DNA from: Shigella phage ChubbyThor
Sequence record: OL615013
DNA length: 64,000 nucleotides
Reading direction: 5' to 3' (one strand)
Positions 37,248 through 46,537 of the stretch are shown here, piece after piece. The notes under the pieces are model-generated. The model was given only the letters and a program-made list of their open reading frames with translations, did not search any database and was not told the DNA's origin. The translations under genes were made by a program, and so were the position numbers. Within the stretch, counting starts at the first letter, position 1. Every line of letters starts with the position of its first letter.

Positions 37248-37350
37248 GATATAGTTCCTTCATTTCAGAGTCAGTGTTGTGCTGCTTATGGAATGAAGTA
37301 TACGGGGTTTATTGAAGAAGTAAACCCCGTTTATTGAATAAATTTAAAAT

Positions 37351-37587
37351 TTATTTGAAGCGATCAGGAAGGGCGTCGTGAACCTCGGCGCTCAGCACCA
37401 GAAACTTACCATCCGTTGTTGGGAAGCAATAGTCTTTATTGATGTGACGCAAGTGTTCAGCTACAGCTGCCACGCAGTCATCTGTCACGTCGGTCTTCTC
37501 ACCAACCCACATGCTGGTTTTGGTGTTCAACCTGCCCTGGAATATAGTACCAGTCAGAGGGCTTGCGCCGATCTTTTTGATAATCAT
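37351..37587 (-). CDS. hypothetical protein (78 aa)
   Basis: ORF track. Confidence 0.4.
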   Translation of the reverse strand: MIIKKIGASPLTGTIFQGRLNTKTSMWVGEKTDVTDDCVAAVAEHLRHINKDYCFPTTDGKFLVLSAEVHDALPDRFK

Positions 37588-37595
37588 GTTTGACC

Positions 37596-38036
37596 TCAGT
37601 TAATACGGAACAGATGTGGATAACCACCAGGATGACCCTGACCCGTAACGAACACGTCGAACTTCGAACCCTTGATCAGGCCAGGCAGATTGCCAGAGTC
37701 CAGCAGTTCGCGGATCTGATCCATCGCCAGCATCCAGTTCTTAGCAGGTTCAGCTTCAGCCTCTCCACGATTGAGGACGAGTTCACCTTCAGAATAATAC
37801 TTCCCGCTGTCTTTCATGTAGTACAGCTTGATATGGATATACTGAGGGGATGGGACCAAACGCCAGCCGTCATCAATCAGATCCTGGCGATCATTATCCA
37901 GGGACTGGTAATCGATCTCACCAGACGCCAGACCATAGCTGCGCATGTAGCGGAACTTCTCAACACGGTCTTTCACGTCAGAGATGAAGAACTCCTTCGT
38001 GGCAGGACTGATGAAAATGTATTTCTCTTTTGACAT
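37596..38036 (-). CDS. hypothetical protein (146 aa)
   Basis: ATG preceded by conserved leader AAGGATCTATATC. Confidence 0.45.
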   Translation of the reverse strand: MSKEKYIFISPATKEFFISDVKDRVEKFRYMRSYGLASGEIDYQSLDNDRQDLIDDGWRLVPSPQYIHIKLYYMKDSGKYYSEGELVLNRGEAEAEPAKNWMLAMDQIRELLDSGNLPGLIKGSKFDVFVTGQGHPGGYPHLFRIN

Positions 38037-38048
38037 GATATAGATCCT

Positions 38049-38276
38049 TCAGTTCAAAATGGGATGTTCGTCGATATCGGACTGCGTTGCAATCTCCCAG
38101 CGGACGATGTTCTCGGTTGTGATGAAATCACGGTTCAGGTGAGAGGCTGGCACATACACCATCGTGTCGACCATGAAGTAACGCTGCTCGTTGTTCCAGG
38201 AGTCAACGTAAGCCTCAATGAGGCATACTTCGATCACTTCGCCTTTCGGCTTCTTCACAGTCTTTTTCAGGTACAT
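38049..38276 (-). CDS. hypothetical protein (75 aa)
   Basis: Track start is TTG; moved to ATG at 38274-38276 with GAGGG SD. Confidence 0.4.
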   Translation of the reverse strand: MYLKKTVKKPKGEVIEVCLIEAYVDSWNNEQRYFMVDTMVYVPASHLNRDFITTENIVRWEIATQSDIDEHPILN

Positions 38277-38339
38277 GACACAGCCCTCGGATAGTAGACG
38301 GGGCAATAATACCTCTCGCCCCGTTATTGAAATGATCTT

Positions 38340-39812
38340 TTAGTTCAAGGTATATTTGATCAGACCACAATTCCAAATCCTGACCAGCCCGGCTTCGGTT
38401 GCTAACTGGCTTTCTGTTTTGCCTTCTATGTCATAACCCATCCTAGCAAATGAATCTTTTCTGAAACCGAACTTGTGCTCACGCATAAATGTACCAGGCT
38501 TGTGATATTTGTAATCCGGCTTCTGTACTTCCTCTTCTATGAACCCGTGGGATAGGTAAATGTTCGACAGCCTGCTTACGACACACCTGTCGCCAAAAGA
38601 ATAGATTGGGACACCAACAAATTTCCTTCTGAAGTGCGATAGAAGTTTACTGAACGCCCCGTGGCAATCATTAGAGGCAAATCTGACTAATTCCAGGCCA
38701 TCTTTCCTTTTGGTAAACAACATCACAGCCTGTATCACACCAGCCTTATCAATTAGCGATAAGTGGTGGGTGGACGACACGGAACCTTGTATATGATGGG
38801 CGTCTAGAAACTCCCTCACACCGTTTATATTACCCCAAACAACTTTATGTTGGCGAGCGTATGAGACAGGCGTTTTAATGCCGAGTTTTGCCTTCAGAAG
38901 AGATTTGACCACATCCTGTTTCTCAGCCCATTCGTCTTCCCAAATATGGATCAACTGGATACCCTGAGATTCACACATTTCAGTCTTTTCTAGATGATAC
39001 CGTTTTTCTTTAAAAACTTCTGAATGCCAGTACAACCCATTGAATTCTATTGCAAGTTTGTGTTCCGGGCAGTAGATATCCAATTGTTTGCCTGACAATA
39101 TACTGTAATCAGAAACCTTGTTCACAACTCCTATTGAGGTGAGGAACTCGGATATTTCTTTTTCATAAGAAGATTTCTTATTCCTGACAGAACCATTGTT
39201 AAACAATGCACGTTTCAATATGATCGAGTTTTTCATGGGATTGTCAACACCATAACGTTCTTGTAATGTTATCAACGCCTTCTTCCTCACACCAGGTAGT
39301 TGTAGTGTAGAGCAGCTCCCATATTTGGATATATTTGAAGCCTCTATAGCTTTCCGACCAACCCCGCCTTTACACATAGAAATCTGATAACATTCTTCGG
39401 AACAATATGTTCTGTAATCTTTGTCATTGATGTAAAAGTTGGTTTCTTTGGAACACACAGGGCACATTTTCACGGTTCTATTGTGTAACCATGCTGTGAC
39501 TTTACAGGCCAGATCTTGTAGGGTGTTATGGGCGTTGGCAAATATCAACAGGTCCAATCTGATGTGCTTCATTAACAAATTAGATTTGCATTTCTGAATA
39601 TCCAATTTGTTGTTCTTAGTGAACATGTGTTTATGGAAAAATTGACGATAAGATTCTTCATCCGAAAGGCACGTCGCATCAGCAACAAATTCCGGTGATA
39701 GATTTTTCAATGTGTTGCTAGAAAACGTTTTACAACCATCTGAACAAAATTTCTTATCTTTCCTGGATGCTTTGAACTGTTCATGACAGACACTACAGAT
39801 TACCTGATACAT
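38340..39812 (-). CDS. putative freestanding endonuclease: N-terminal zinc ribbons plus Vsr/DUF559-like PD-(D/E)xK domain
   Basis: CxxC pairs (CSVCHE...CSDGC, CPVCSKE...CSEEC); LDIYCPEHKLAIEFNGLYWHSE matches Vsr/DUF559 core; AT-rich by eye; inserted beside gp23. Confidence 0.45.
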   Translation of the reverse strand: MYQVICSVCHEQFKASRKDKKFCSDGCKTFSSNTLKNLSPEFVADATCLSDEESYRQFFHKHMFTKNNKLDIQKCKSNLLMKHIRLDLLIFANAHNTLQDLACKVTAWLHNRTVKMCPVCSKETNFYINDKDYRTYCSEECYQISMCKGGVGRKAIEASNISKYGSCSTLQLPGVRKKALITLQERYGVDNPMKNSIILKRALFNNGSVRNKKSSYEKEISEFLTSIGVVNKVSDYSILSGKQLDIYCPEHKLAIEFNGLYWHSEVFKEKRYHLEKTEMCESQGIQLIHIWEDEWAEKQDVVKSLLKAKLGIKTPVSYARQHKVVWGNINGVREFLDAHHIQGSVSSTHHLSLIDKAGVIQAVMLFTKRKDGLELVRFASNDCHGAFSKLLSHFRRKFVGVPIYSFGDRCVVSRLSNIYLSHGFIEEEVQKPDYKYHKPGTFMREHKFGFRKDSFARMGYDIEGKTESQLATEAGLVRIWNCGLIKYTLN

Positions 39813-39867
39813 AATTGTTCTCCTTCGTATGGTATCTAGTATAACCTGTTTGGTATTATGAACAAAT

Positions 39868-39890
39868 AAAACCCCGCCGAAGCGGGGTTT
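39868..39890 (-). terminator. intrinsic terminator downstream of major capsid gene
   Basis: CCCCGC / GCGGGG stem with CGAA tetraloop, A/T extension; minus-strand RNA continues UUUUAUUUGUU. Confidence 0.65.
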
Positions 39891-39918
39891 GTTAGGACGT
39901 AAGCCATTGTTTTAATTA

Positions 39919-41250
39919 TTAAAACAGGCCTTTTATTAACCCTTTACGGAAGTAAGGGTTGCTGTCCTGGGCGATACCATCCGCAGTCACATAGACCTGT
40001 GGATCCTGGTTCTCTGGGATCTGAACGAATGGGTTAGCACAAATCCCGTAGCGGGTCTTGAACGCCATACGTGGGCTGAAGGTGGTTTCACCCTGGGTGC
40101 GGTACATTTCCAGCGGCACATACGGCGCGAAGAAGATACCAGCATCCAGCGCGGTCGCGCCTTTGTATGCCAGGGTGATGTACTCTGCTACTGCATACGG
40201 GTCGATGTAGACACGCATACCGTTAGACAGAACACCAGCGAAGGTCTGGCCAGTTGGGTCGATCGCCAGCTTGGTGTTTTCCTGCAGCGCCGGAGCGTAA
40301 TCCAGCATGCCGGACATTGCCAGAGCGGATGCTACGTTCGGAGAACACAGAACACGGTTGCCTTTACCACGACGGGTGTCAACACCGATGCCGTTCGCTT
40401 CAACTTCCAGCATGAAAGTCATGTACTTCCATTTTTCCAGCGCCCAACGACCGGAGATGTCAGTGGAGATGTCTACAACGCCGTTTGCGCCGAATTTTTT
40501 GAAGCGTACTGCGCTGAAGTTCATGGTACGGATGAACTCACGGTTCATTTCCGCCTGAATTTCAGTTACCATCACGTCGGACAGGATGCTGTCAACGTCT
40601 TCGCCGTGGATCGCCATCATGTCCTGGCGCAGTTCATGGCTGTAGTCAGCGTACAGGCCACGAGACTTCGCAGTCACGGTTGCTTTCTGAACGGTGATAC
40701 CAACACGCGCCCATGGGTTGGTGGTGGTGCCCAGCAGTTCAGCGTCGGTGGTCGGCATGCCTTTACCGATGGTGGTCACGCCAGCGCCGGAACCTTCGAT
40801 CTCGGCCTGAGTAAAGCCAGATGGATCGCCAGCCTGTACAGTACCGTCACCAGAGTAGCCGGAATCAGCTTCCTGCATGAACAGTTCTTTACGGGACTGT
40901 TGGGTGTTGGATGAGTCGCCGACGCCCTGGCGAGCACGCAGAGCAAAGATCTGACCGTCAGGACCAGACAGCGGCTGTACGCCGAAGAAGTCCATCGCGA
41001 TGTTGATCGGAGCCAGACGTTTTGCCATGTCGATCAGGACTGGCTGCCATTTGCCCACAGAGTTGTTCACAGAACCAGGAGCGTCAGATTCGCCCAGGTT
41101 TTTGGCGTTCCACTCAGCCTGGTTTTGCAGCAGGCGGACAGCAACGTTTTCGGCAGACAGCGGCTGAATCTGTTTGGACTCTTCGGAGAGTACTGGCAGC
41201 CACTCTTTGCGCATTTCTTCGGTAACAAGTTTCTTAGCCATGGTGGTCAT
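39919..41250 (-). CDS. 23: major capsid protein (T4 gp23-like)
   Basis: Recalled similarity to T4 gp23 (GVQPLSGPDGQIFALRA, AFKTRYGICANPF, C-terminal YFRKGLIKG); T4 late-gene order. Confidence 0.85.
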   Translation of the reverse strand: MTTMAKKLVTEEMRKEWLPVLSEESKQIQPLSAENVAVRLLQNQAEWNAKNLGESDAPGSVNNSVGKWQPVLIDMAKRLAPINIAMDFFGVQPLSGPDGQIFALRARQGVGDSSNTQQSRKELFMQEADSGYSGDGTVQAGDPSGFTQAEIEGSGAGVTTIGKGMPTTDAELLGTTTNPWARVGITVQKATVTAKSRGLYADYSHELRQDMMAIHGEDVDSILSDVMVTEIQAEMNREFIRTMNFSAVRFKKFGANGVVDISTDISGRWALEKWKYMTFMLEVEANGIGVDTRRGKGNRVLCSPNVASALAMSGMLDYAPALQENTKLAIDPTGQTFAGVLSNGMRVYIDPYAVAEYITLAYKGATALDAGIFFAPYVPLEMYRTQGETTFSPRMAFKTRYGICANPFVQIPENQDPQVYVTADGIAQDSNPYFRKGLIKGLF

Positions 41251-41281
41251 TCCTTACATTGATATTCAGTTAAGTTGAAAT

Positions 41282-41288
41282 TACTTAG
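41282..41288 (-). promoter_or_regulatory. CTAAGTA variant motif upstream of gp23
   Basis: minus-sense ACTACTAAGTAATTTCAAC about 32 nt upstream of ATG 41250. Confidence 0.3.
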
Positions 41289-41300
41289 TAGTTCAAAATC

Positions 41301-41320
41301 AAGCCCCCTTTCGAGGGCTG
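41301..41320 (-). terminator. hairpin between gp22 and gp23
   Basis: AGCCC / GGGCU-type stem; minus-strand RNA continues UGAUUUUGAAC. Confidence 0.4.
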
Positions 41321-41332
41321 TGGCTGCTAAAA

Positions 41333-42190
41333 TTAGCCGTTGATGCCGTACTTCGCACGATATGCTTCACGCTGACGACGAATAGATTCTTTCAGCTCTT
41401 TGTCTGTTTCATCTTCATCGTCTTTGTCGTCATCGCCTTCTTTCTTAGACTTTTTGCCTTCGTCGACTTTGTCTTTGTCGCCTTTGTTGTCGTCGTCACC
41501 GTCTTTGCCGCCGACTTTGTCCTGGAAGTCATCGTCATCGCCTTCTTTCTTCGCGGACTTACCTTCTACCAGGTTGCGGAAGGTGTGTACGCGGGAAGCG
41601 AATTCGCTTTCGGTGGTGAACTGCACCGCTTCCAGCAGATTGACAACCGTTGCTTTCTTGGTGTCGACCATGCCTTCACAGATACGGGCGATCACAGAGT
41701 CGCGCAGAGTCGCATTCGCGGCTTCTTTGATTTGACGGTTTTCGCTTTCAGCAGCCGCAGCGCGTTGTTCTGCTTCTGTCAGGCGGGCAGTCAGCGCAGC
41801 GATCTGGCCGTTTTCGTCAGTCGCAAAGTTGATACCAGCTTCTTTCAGAACGCCAGTCAGGCCAGTCAGCAGGTTTTCAGCTGCTTCACGCTTGATCTGA
41901 GCATCGATTGCAGGAGCGTTGGTGTTAGCCCACTCTTCTACAACAGCGTTCAGGAAGCTGTCAACTTTGGTTGCGATCTCCATCAAGTGAGACTCTTTCA
42001 GCTGAGCAATTTCAGACTGATGAGCTTCAACCAGACGCAGGCGCTCGACGTTGGCAGCGTTTTCGGTTTCTTGAATAGCGGTCAGGCGAGCGGCTTCTAC
42101 TTTAGATTCCAGCAGACCAGACACTTTATCCAGGAAGTCGGTGCTGAGGCCGTTAACGCCCTCAAACAGTTTTTGCAATTCAGGTTTCAT
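41333..42190 (-). CDS. 22: prohead core scaffold protein (T4 gp22-like)
   Basis: Coiled-coil, highly acidic KD/E-rich C-terminus; position between gp21 and gp23. Confidence 0.7.
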   Translation of the reverse strand: MKPELQKLFEGVNGLSTDFLDKVSGLLESKVEAARLTAIQETENAANVERLRLVEAHQSEIAQLKESHLMEIATKVDSFLNAVVEEWANTNAPAIDAQIKREAAENLLTGLTGVLKEAGINFATDENGQIAALTARLTEAEQRAAAAESENRQIKEAANATLRDSVIARICEGMVDTKKATVVNLLEAVQFTTESEFASRVHTFRNLVEGKSAKKEGDDDDFQDKVGGKDGDDDNKGDKDKVDEGKKSKKEGDDDKDDEDETDKELKESIRRQREAYRAKYGING

Positions 42191-42217
42191 GATTATTTCC
42201 TTCTGAACGATTTTCAG

Positions 42218-42224
42218 TATTTAG
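42218..42224 (-). promoter_or_regulatory. CTAAATA late-promoter-like motif upstream of gp22
   Basis: minus-sense CACTAAATACTG about 28 nt upstream of ATG 42190. Confidence 0.4.
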
Positions 42225-42235
42225 TGAGGCTGAAT

Positions 42236-42904
42236 TCAGCCCAGATGTCTCAATGCGATATCGAGGCGGCGCAGGAAGTCGTCTTCGAACTGAATATTGG
42301 TTTTCACCAATGAATCGACCACTTGCCCTTTGATGTCTTTAGGAACCCAAATCCCCGAAGATTCATCAAGCTGCCATTCAACAGATTCGCTCACAGCCTT
42401 TACATAACAAACTTGTCCAGAAGGACGGTCGACTGCATCAACAGCAGTGAGCATAAAGCCAGGTTGAACGTCGTCATAACCGTTCACCGACTTGGTCTCA
42501 CCAAGGCCACGTGTAGACACGGCCAAGTTGAAGTCTGCTTCAGCCAGAGCACGAATGATCTGGCCTTTTGGTGTATTTAGCACACGCGCTCGACCGATTG
42601 CGTTTGTACCCTCCCAACGGAGGCTCTCGGTCTTCAGCGCAGCTTCAGCAATATCTGGGAAAGGGTAGTCGGGATGTTTGAGTTCACCGATTGCGCGACG
42701 ATCCTGAACATACTCTTTGTCATATGCTTCGACAGCTGGTATGCCCACTTTCTGGAGATCGTAGTTGCGTCCATTACGGTTCACCTGATTACACATCACG
42801 AATGGACCTTCGATGTACATGGCTTTGCCGCCAGTAGCCGTGGCCGCCTCACCAATTTGGAGGTCTTTCCCTATCGCCGTGATCTCACGCAACAGTTTCA
42901 TCAT
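42236..42904 (-). CDS. 21: prohead core protease (T4 gp21-like)
   Basis: Size and position between gp68 and gp22; recalled gp21-like sequence. Confidence 0.7.
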   Translation of the reverse strand: MMKLLREITAIGKDLQIGEAATATGGKAMYIEGPFVMCNQVNRNGRNYDLQKVGIPAVEAYDKEYVQDRRAIGELKHPDYPFPDIAEAALKTESLRWEGTNAIGRARVLNTPKGQIIRALAEADFNLAVSTRGLGETKSVNGYDDVQPGFMLTAVDAVDRPSGQVCYVKAVSESVEWQLDESSGIWVPKDIKGQVVDSLVKTNIQFEDDFLRRLDIALRHLG

Positions 42905-42911
42905 TCGCTCC

Positions 42912-43217
42912 TTAACTCAGTCCCATCATTTTGCGGAACTTCATCGCTTTCTTCTTACGACGCTCAATCTTGCGACTGTAGCCCATACCCATGCGTTTCT
43001 TGGCTCGGATTGCCTTGCGGTTGCCCAGTTTGCGGGTACGGCGCTCACTGGCGACCATAACCTCACAACGAGAACCATCCGCAGACAGTTTGAAACCAGG
43101 AGCGCACTGCAGGCGACGGCGGCGTTTACCTTTTGCATTCACCTTGTCAATGACTTTCTGCTCGTCCATGCGGGAAGCCAGGAAATCAGCGAATGTTGCA
43201 ACTTCTTCGATTTCCAT
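42912..43217 (-). CDS. 68: prohead core protein (T4 gp68-like), highly basic
   Basis: Position between gp67 and gp21; Arg/Lys-rich. Confidence 0.55.
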   Translation of the reverse strand: MEIEEVATFADFLASRMDEQKVIDKVNAKGKRRRRLQCAPGFKLSADGSRCEVMVASERRTRKLGNRKAIRAKKRMGMGYSRKIERRKKKAMKFRKMMGLS

Positions 43218-43227
43218 GATGCTCTCC

Positions 43228-43395
43228 TTATTCGTCTTGCGCAGGAGACATGTCTTGACTCAGAGAGTTCATGACATATGCGGTGCCCTGTTGAACGAGT
43301 TCCTGGGCGCGAGCAGACAGTTCAGTTTGACATTCAGCAACAGCAGCATCGGTGTCACCAGCGATGATTGCTTTTACCAGATCGATAGCGGCCAT
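43228..43395 (-). CDS. 67: prohead core protein (T4 gp67-like)
   Basis: Small protein between portal and gp68; track start is GTG, moved to ATG at 43393-43395 with AGAGGA SD. Confidence 0.5.
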   Translation of the reverse strand: MAAIDLVKAIIAGDTDAAVAECQTELSARAQELVQQGTAYVMNSLSQDMSPAQDE

Positions 43396-43432
43396 GTTCA
43401 TATCCTCTAAATGTTTTCTATACTTAGTCGAA

Positions 43433-45124
43433 TTATTCTTCACCACCAGGAGGGTTAGTCGCTGGGATGACGTTAGGTCTGAATTTCAGTGGGCTGACTT
43501 CACCGCCGCCGAAGCCGCCTGATTCATCTGCCTGCACTTCAGGATATTTGCCTTCTTTCTTCTCTTGCGCGATCTTCTCTTGCTGATCTTTGATGTCTTC
43601 GTCAGACATACGCAGCAGATTGCGCTGAGCAAAATCGATAGAGAACAGGGTGCCAATGTACGGTTCGATCTGACCAAGAGCAGACATGCGTTGCGCCAGG
43701 ATTTCGTTTTCCTGCTGCTCACGAATGAAGCTGTCAGATGTAAATTCGAACTTGACAAACGGCTTGATCTTTTCGTTCCAATCAGTCTGGTCAGTGATGT
43801 TCTTCAGGATCAGCTGACGACGAAGAAGTTCAAGGAAGAATCCTGAATAACGACGACGCAGGCCTGAACAGAATTTGTTGAAGCGCAGTTCTTCCTGGGT
43901 GATTTCAGCAAGATTGGAACCACCGATGTTGATGGAACCTTCCTCTTGGAGGCGGCTCTTAGGGATCATCAGAGCCTCGTAGAGCTTCTCGCGGAAGTAT
44001 ACCACATGATCCATTTGACCCAGTTGATCGCCGCCACCTACGTTGGATATCTCCGTTGCGTTCTGCCCTTCGCGGCGCGGCAACCAGTAGTCTTCAGCGA
44101 TACCCATCAGATGGGTATTGCCTGCCACTTTACCAGTGGTGCGATCATACGCCAGACGGTTCTTGAATTTACCCATCATCGCCTGCATATACTCTTCCGC
44201 AGACTTCTTACCCAGAGTACCCACGTCGAGATAGAACGCTCGCTTCTCTGGAGCACGCGTGATGGCGTAGATGACCGTCGCATCCTCAGTTGTAACGAGG
44301 TTGTTCAGGGGACGGATAGCAGGGTTCAGAAAGCCTGGGATGACCCCATTGGCCAACGGATCTTCACCACTGTCGATGTAGACAACGCTTTCTTCGTCAA
44401 ACACCAGTTCCTGCTGCGACGGCTGGAAGTTCTGAGACGTGCCCGATTGCCCAGTAAACTGATTGCGGTTGTAGTTCGGGTTGTAGTAATATTGAAGTTT
44501 GACTTCTCCAATTACCTCGATACCGTCGCGAACTTCTTTCTTCACGATGTATACAGGGCGGATGCAGCGAGAATCCAGCATCACCAGTTTGGCAATACCA
44601 CCTTTCTTGTTCTTTGGATCAACGACAACATGGTAAGCCTGACGACCTTCTACATACCAACGACGGATCTTTTGATATGCGGTGTTGTTGAAGTCCATGA
44701 GTTCAAGAACTTCCTTGAAGGCATCATTGATCTTTTCTTTGATGGAGTCGTCGATGCCTTCAACCTTTTCCAGATTGATTGTGACGGGAGTCTCATCCTC
44801 TTCACAGGTGACGACGTCGTTCACGATAATATCGACAGCCTTACGGATCTCAGGTTGCTGAGCCATAGACTGATATTCTTCGACGACTTGTTTGACGCTG
44901 AGTAGTTCACTCTCAACGCCTACGAAATTGAATGTGTTGGCACCGCCCTGCAAGATGATAGAACCATCCTGAGCATCGTCCAGCGCAACAACAGCCGCTT
45001 TTGAAAGCAACTTCTCTTCTTGGTTCGTTACCAGTTTGTCGGTGTCTACCGGGGCTTCAATCTTCCCGCCAGTACCGAACAGACCGAAGAACCCGTTACC
45101 GAATGCACCATTACCGAATGCCAT
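43433..45124 (-). CDS. 20: portal vertex protein (T4 gp20-like)
   Basis: 563 aa, position between gp19 and gp67 as in T4. Confidence 0.75.
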   Translation of the reverse strand: MAFGNGAFGNGFFGLFGTGGKIEAPVDTDKLVTNQEEKLLSKAAVVALDDAQDGSIILQGGANTFNFVGVESELLSVKQVVEEYQSMAQQPEIRKAVDIIVNDVVTCEEDETPVTINLEKVEGIDDSIKEKINDAFKEVLELMDFNNTAYQKIRRWYVEGRQAYHVVVDPKNKKGGIAKLVMLDSRCIRPVYIVKKEVRDGIEVIGEVKLQYYYNPNYNRNQFTGQSGTSQNFQPSQQELVFDEESVVYIDSGEDPLANGVIPGFLNPAIRPLNNLVTTEDATVIYAITRAPEKRAFYLDVGTLGKKSAEEYMQAMMGKFKNRLAYDRTTGKVAGNTHLMGIAEDYWLPRREGQNATEISNVGGGDQLGQMDHVVYFREKLYEALMIPKSRLQEEGSINIGGSNLAEITQEELRFNKFCSGLRRRYSGFFLELLRRQLILKNITDQTDWNEKIKPFVKFEFTSDSFIREQQENEILAQRMSALGQIEPYIGTLFSIDFAQRNLLRMSDEDIKDQQEKIAQEKKEGKYPEVQADESGGFGGGEVSPLKFRPNVIPATNPPGGEE

Positions 45125-45148
45125 GATTAAGTCCTCAACATTTTCTTG

Positions 45149-45155
45149 TAATTAG
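45149..45155 (-). promoter_or_regulatory. CTAATTA variant motif upstream of gp20
   Basis: minus-sense CACTAATTACAAG about 25 nt upstream of ATG 45124. Confidence 0.3.
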
Positions 45156-45158
45156 TGA

Positions 45159-45177
45159 GGGGGAATAAGATTCCCCC
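45159..45177 (-). terminator. stem-loop between gp19 and gp20
   Basis: GGGGGAAT / ATTCCCCC 8-bp stem, 3-nt loop; no clear U-tract. Confidence 0.4.
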
Positions 45178-45190
45178 AGCACTGAGGACA

Positions 45191-45724
45191 TTACAGAGAC
45201 TTATCAGAAATGGCCTGGAAGTAACGCAGATCGACAGTGAACTGAGTATATGAGTCCATTGCAGACATATCCAGTTCCAGCTGGCCGAGGTTCTGAGGCC
45301 AACCCCCCTGCAGAGTCCAGGTCTTAGTGACGTTGTCGTTCGCATCCAGTAACTCCATGATCACGTCACGGAAATAGTCATCTGGATTCGCCGCCGCACG
45401 GTTGCTGTTGCTTCCGTTAATGTACTGCTGCCAAACTTCAAAGGCGTTGTAAGCAGAGTTGTTCACGACGTTGATGAACGTAATAGGAAGCGCTTCGAAG
45501 CGGCGATCACCAGGGAATGGAAGTTCACGACCACCCCAAGGCACAAGGATCTCACCCAGCTGGCCAGTAGGAGTGTTGGTTGTTACTGCCAACAGAGACA
45601 CGTCGCGAATGGTATCCGCGCCAGCTACGAATGCTGGGAAGTTGACGGTCACACGCCAGCGGTGCTGACGTTGTACGCCGCCCCCACGTGACATGGCCGC
45701 GCGAAATTCATTAACTGTAGCCAT
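45191..45724 (-). CDS. 19: tail tube protein (T4 gp19-like)
   Basis: 177 aa, position between sheath and portal as in T4. Confidence 0.7.
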   Translation of the reverse strand: MATVNEFRAAMSRGGGVQRQHRWRVTVNFPAFVAGADTIRDVSLLAVTTNTPTGQLGEILVPWGGRELPFPGDRRFEALPITFINVVNNSAYNAFEVWQQYINGSNSNRAAANPDDYFRDVIMELLDANDNVTKTWTLQGGWPQNLGQLELDMSAMDSYTQFTVDLRYFQAISDKSL

Positions 45725-45744
45725 TATAGATTCTCCAAAAAGAG

Positions 45745-46452
45745 TTACACAATTCTAATTAGCTGCCAACCCGTCGTGTTCAAACGCTCTGCGGTCGCAG
45801 TTTTCCTATGATACACAGACGGCGGTGGAACTGGAATACCCTTGTCGATGTAATCATACAATGCTGAATATTTAAGTCCCAACCTCTCCACGTATTCACG
45901 ACAATTCCCGTGGATTTCGTGTTCTTCGCCGGATGGAGATACCAATTTGAATCGCTTGGCGTTTCCGTTTTGTTCTCCAACGCGTTTCCCCTTCCAGTAG
46001 CCCGACATACACTTCTTGTATTCGTCTGGCCTGGGCTTTCCTTTCAGACAATGTATGATATCTCCAGATTCCCATCTGGGGTCATCTAACTCTACCGCGC
46101 CCAACCTTTGACCAGAAATCGAATCAATCGCTCCGGCCTTTCCTCTTGTTGTCTGCCCGTCACCGCCCCAAGTCTTGTTGTACCCCCGCTGGGTGGACAT
46201 GTGGGTTCCGTGTTGCTTTATAAGAATGATTTCCAATTCTTTTAGATCTTCCACGGAATAGGTCTGGGCTAACACTTGAACAGAAAAGGACTCTTCTCCG
46301 TACTTTCTTATTGCTTGGTGAATAAAGTAATCAGATCCCTTCTGAGCACTATTGCAGTGCTCCCACCACCTTTGCATAGGGTCTCTCGTCGTTATCCCGA
46401 TATAGGCTTTCTGATTGACGAGATTTGTAATTTTGTAAACACTTCCGATCAT
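45745..46452 (-). CDS. GIY-YIG homing endonuclease inserted between tail sheath and tail tube genes
   Basis: N-terminal SVYKITNLVNQKAYIGITT with downstream RWWEH; C-terminal basic region. Confidence 0.8.
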   Translation of the reverse strand: MIGSVYKITNLVNQKAYIGITTRDPMQRWWEHCNSAQKGSDYFIHQAIRKYGEESFSVQVLAQTYSVEDLKELEIILIKQHGTHMSTQRGYNKTWGGDGQTTRGKAGAIDSISGQRLGAVELDDPRWESGDIIHCLKGKPRPDEYKKCMSGYWKGKRVGEQNGNAKRFKLVSPSGEEHEIHGNCREYVERLGLKYSALYDYIDKGIPVPPPSVYHRKTATAERLNTTGWQLIRIV

Positions 46453-46506
46453 TTCGATGTTCTCTCAGTAAAATCGTTCTATTGTGACCCGCAAGAGACC
46501 ATTGAA

Positions 46507-46526
46507 ATGCCCTCCGAAGAGGGCAT
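46507..46526 (-). terminator. hairpin downstream of tail sheath gene
   Basis: ATGCCCTC / GAGGGCAT 8-bp stem with CGAA tetraloop. Confidence 0.5.
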
Positions 46527-46537
46527 GAGGGGTAAAA

